A DNA stretch of 64,000 bases from Tubiluchus corallicola (lineage: Eukaryota; Animalia; Priapulida), in NCBI GenBank assembly GCA_030141605.1, contig JAQGDQ010000611.1, positions 64,503 to 128,502 on the forward strand, in the 5' to 3' direction. Of this stretch, positions 61,356-64,000 are shown one piece after another. Below the pieces are notes generated by a model that was given only the letters and a program-made list of their open reading frames with translations, was not told where the DNA came from and searched no databases. The position numbers and the translations under genes are program-made. Every line of letters begins with the position of its first letter. Position 1 is the first letter of the stretch.

Positions 61356-61417
61356 ATAAACTTTTAATTTTTACAGCAAAAAATGAAAATCTTGTAGTTT
61401 GATTTGTCCACAGTTAA

Positions 61418-61952
61418 AGGAAGACCGGACGACGATTGTTTAGACTCAATCTCTTTTTAGTTTACTGTCCAAAATATACATTTTCTTGCCTACAAAAGTT
61501 AGCAATTGTTTCTTATATTTAAATAATTAGCTTAGAAAGTTAATTAGCGGCAACCGAACACAGATATTGCTTACGTCAGAAACTAACCACAGTTTGTGCA
61601 ATGGTAGGCGTCTTCCCTTGCGCGTCAAGCACGTTTGCGTAAGTTTTACTGCTTAAACGCTTGATGTCACAAAATGGGCTCTACGTCATATGACGTCAGA
61701 AACTAACACTGCAGTTCATGACCATGTTTATCACGGTATCGCCTTCTATTTGTCGGCCACGCGAATGTGACAAAAAGGCACCGCTGCCAATCTTAGTAGA
61801 TTCACTGAGCTTTGAAAATTTAACGAAATTTGAGTATCCGAGGTAATTATTATTTAATCTAAGCTTTGATTTAAAAAAAGCTTTTGTAGTTTTCAATATT
61901 TTAGAACATTTTTCATTCTGAACTAATGTTTACACAATCATCCGGTTTTCAT
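61418..61952 (-). mobile_element. TTAA-flanked element, family B (Kolobok-like)
   Basis: TTAA|aggaagaccggacga...tcatccggttttcat|TTAA; opposite-orientation copies at 51404-51949, 58465-58724, 59245-59447. Confidence 0.75.
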
Positions 61953-64000
61953 TTAACGAAAGTTTGTTAGTTGTAAACAAGGCTGGCAGATTGAACGCAT
62001 GAAACATTTTGTTATGGGATGTTACACTAATGGCTTTTGTGTAAGTATCTTAGTAAACATTGGCTGTATTTAGCCCAATGACTGTGCAACGGTCTGTTCA
62101 GTCTTTTTAATGCAAAAGCTACCCGTAGATGGCGCTAGCATGCGACAAAGTCTTGGAAATTTTGTCTTGGTGGTTGAGCTATTAAGCTATAATTAGGACT
62201 TTCCTCGTCAAAGCTTGTGTCTAGTGTTCATGGTACTGAACTTGTAATCTAAAGGTTCCTGGTTCGATTCGAATGCCAGCCCATTTGTTATTTTCATGCG
62301 TTTTTTATGTTTGAAAATCAATAATTATAGGTCATACCATGTTCAGTCTTTTTAATACAAAAGCTACCCGTAGATGGCATCAGCATGCGACTAAGTTTTA
62401 GAAATTTTGTCTTGGTGGTTGAGCTATTAAACTTCAATTAGGGCTTTTTCTCGTCACCACTTGTGTCTAGCGTTCATGGTACTGAATTTGTATTCTAAAG
62501 GTTCCTGGTTCAATTCTAATGCCTGCCCTTTTGTTATTTTCATGCGTTTTCCTGTTTAAAAATCAATAATTATAGGTCATATCATGTTCAGTCTCTTTAA
62601 TACAATAGCTACCCGTAGCTGTTGGATATATTAACTTGTACGCAAAAAGGACATTTTTAGCCAACAGGTTTCTTTCTGGACGTTGTTTACGTTGTTTTTC
62701 GTGTAGACTTTACTGTCCTTGTGTAGCTGGTGCACTTTGCTTTAACAAATATCAACTGAAATAAGATTATTCTTTCATTAGAATTTTCTGTTTTTTCTCC
62801 TAGGCCTAGTGGAGACATGTAATAAAAGTCCTTAAATTAAAAATTGCATGTCTCTGCGCAAGGAATTGTGAATTGACTTGTGAATTTTCGTAGTTCACAA
62901 GTCACAAAAGTAAAAAAAATACAATTAGTTTACTTTTAAACCAACATAAAAATAATTGCGCGGTATTTTTCGGACTGCAGACCGCCAAAAGTAAGTGGGC
63001 AATGTGAGAAATCTCTTGAGCAGGAAACAAAATGTTTAAATAGAATTTGGTTTCCAACAATTTTGATTTTTGCGCATTTTTGATTTTTTGCTTGATTTTT
63101 TGGTGTAGTAATTTTTTCTAATGGTGTAAAAATAAACAGCTGGCGACGCACTCTATTAGTAATAACTGACTGCTGGCGCCATCTGTAGCACTGTGTACTA
63201 AATAAATTTGTGGCATGTGGAATTTTTATAAAATGACTTGTATGCAATAGATTAATTTTTTTTAAAAAGACTTTACTAATTGTAAGAATTTTACTAATTA
63301 GGTGACCCGTGGATTTTGTATTCACAGACGTTTGTTGAGCCCTAAAAGCCCTGAAAAGAATTAACATGGTAATAAATCATTTGATTATTGGAGAATAGGG
63401 AGAAAAAAAAAGGACGATAACAAATGTAAGTAGGCATTAGAATTTGAACTAGAACCTTTAGAATACAAATTCAGTACCATGAACACTAGTCACAAGTGGT
63501 GACGAGCAAAAGTCCTAATTGAAGTTTAATAGTTCAACCACCAAGACAAAACTTCTAAGACTTAGTCGCATGCTGGCGCCATCTACGGATAGCTTTTGTA
63601 TTAAAAAGACTGAACATGATATGACCTATAATTATTGATTTTTAAACATAAAAAACGCATGAAAATAATAAAATGTATTGGGCATTCGAATCGAACCAGA
63701 AACCTTTAGGATTACAAGTTCAGTACCGCGAATCATCAGACACAAGTTTGACGAGGAAAGTCCTAATTATAGCTTAATAGCTCAACCACCAGGACAAGAC
63801 TTGGTCGCATGCTGGCGCCATCTACGGGTAGCTTTTGCATTAAAAAGACTGAACAGACCGTTGCACAGTCATTGGGCTAAATACAGCCAATGTTTATTAA
63901 GATACTTACACAAAAGCCATTAGTGTAACATCCCATAACAAAATGTTTCATGCGTTCAATATGTCAGACTTGTTTACAACTAACAAACTTTCGTTAAATG
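61949..64000. repeat. Large inverted repeat (arms ~61949-62530 and ~63430-64000+) built from ~245-bp units
   Basis: The window end ...aaactttcgttaaatg is the reverse complement of catttaacgaaagttt at 61950; tandem units at 62095, 62340 and 62585 (partial). Confidence 0.9.
62210..62282 (+). other. tRNA-derived (SINE-like) segment, not a functional tRNA
   Basis: A-box-like tgtctagtg, anticodon-loop-like cttgtaat, B-box ggttcgattc; T-stem and acceptor stem broken; copies at ~62455 (+), ~63435 (-), ~63680 (-). Confidence 0.55.

Noticed and set aside
62210-62282. Functional tRNA gene
   Set aside because: Acceptor and T stems do not pair; it occurs as diverged copies inside a repeat unit

Overview
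AT-rich, repeat-dense eukaryotic genomic DNA. The likely host is a protostome invertebrate: it carries an ionotropic-receptor (IR) remnant and has a working minor spliceosome. Two spliced genes could be assembled by hand, both on the minus strand. One is an 8-exon fukutin/LicD-family gene (39422->29840, about 472 aa). The other is a ZDHHC9/14/18-like palmitoyltransferase (55567->at least 48437, 3' end uncertain) with an AT-AC U12-type intron and an atypical DHHC-HYT motif. The ZDHHC introns hold gene remnants: an antisense intronless IR pseudogene, C-type-lectin-like fragments and an unidentified decayed ORF. No gene was recognised in the first ~29 kb. That part holds microsatellites, LINE remnants, TTAA-flanked (Kolobok-like) non-autonomous elements, MITEs, and a nested RTE>Penelope>hAT insertion whose Penelope ends carry hammerhead-ribozyme motifs with a U3-A8 core. 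The window ends with a 28-bp satellite and a large inverted duplication containing tRNA-derived units. Most long ORFs in the supplied track are microsatellite artefacts. No CRISPR or prokaryotic system is present, and I found no clearly new biological system. All homology calls come from motif recall, not database searches.
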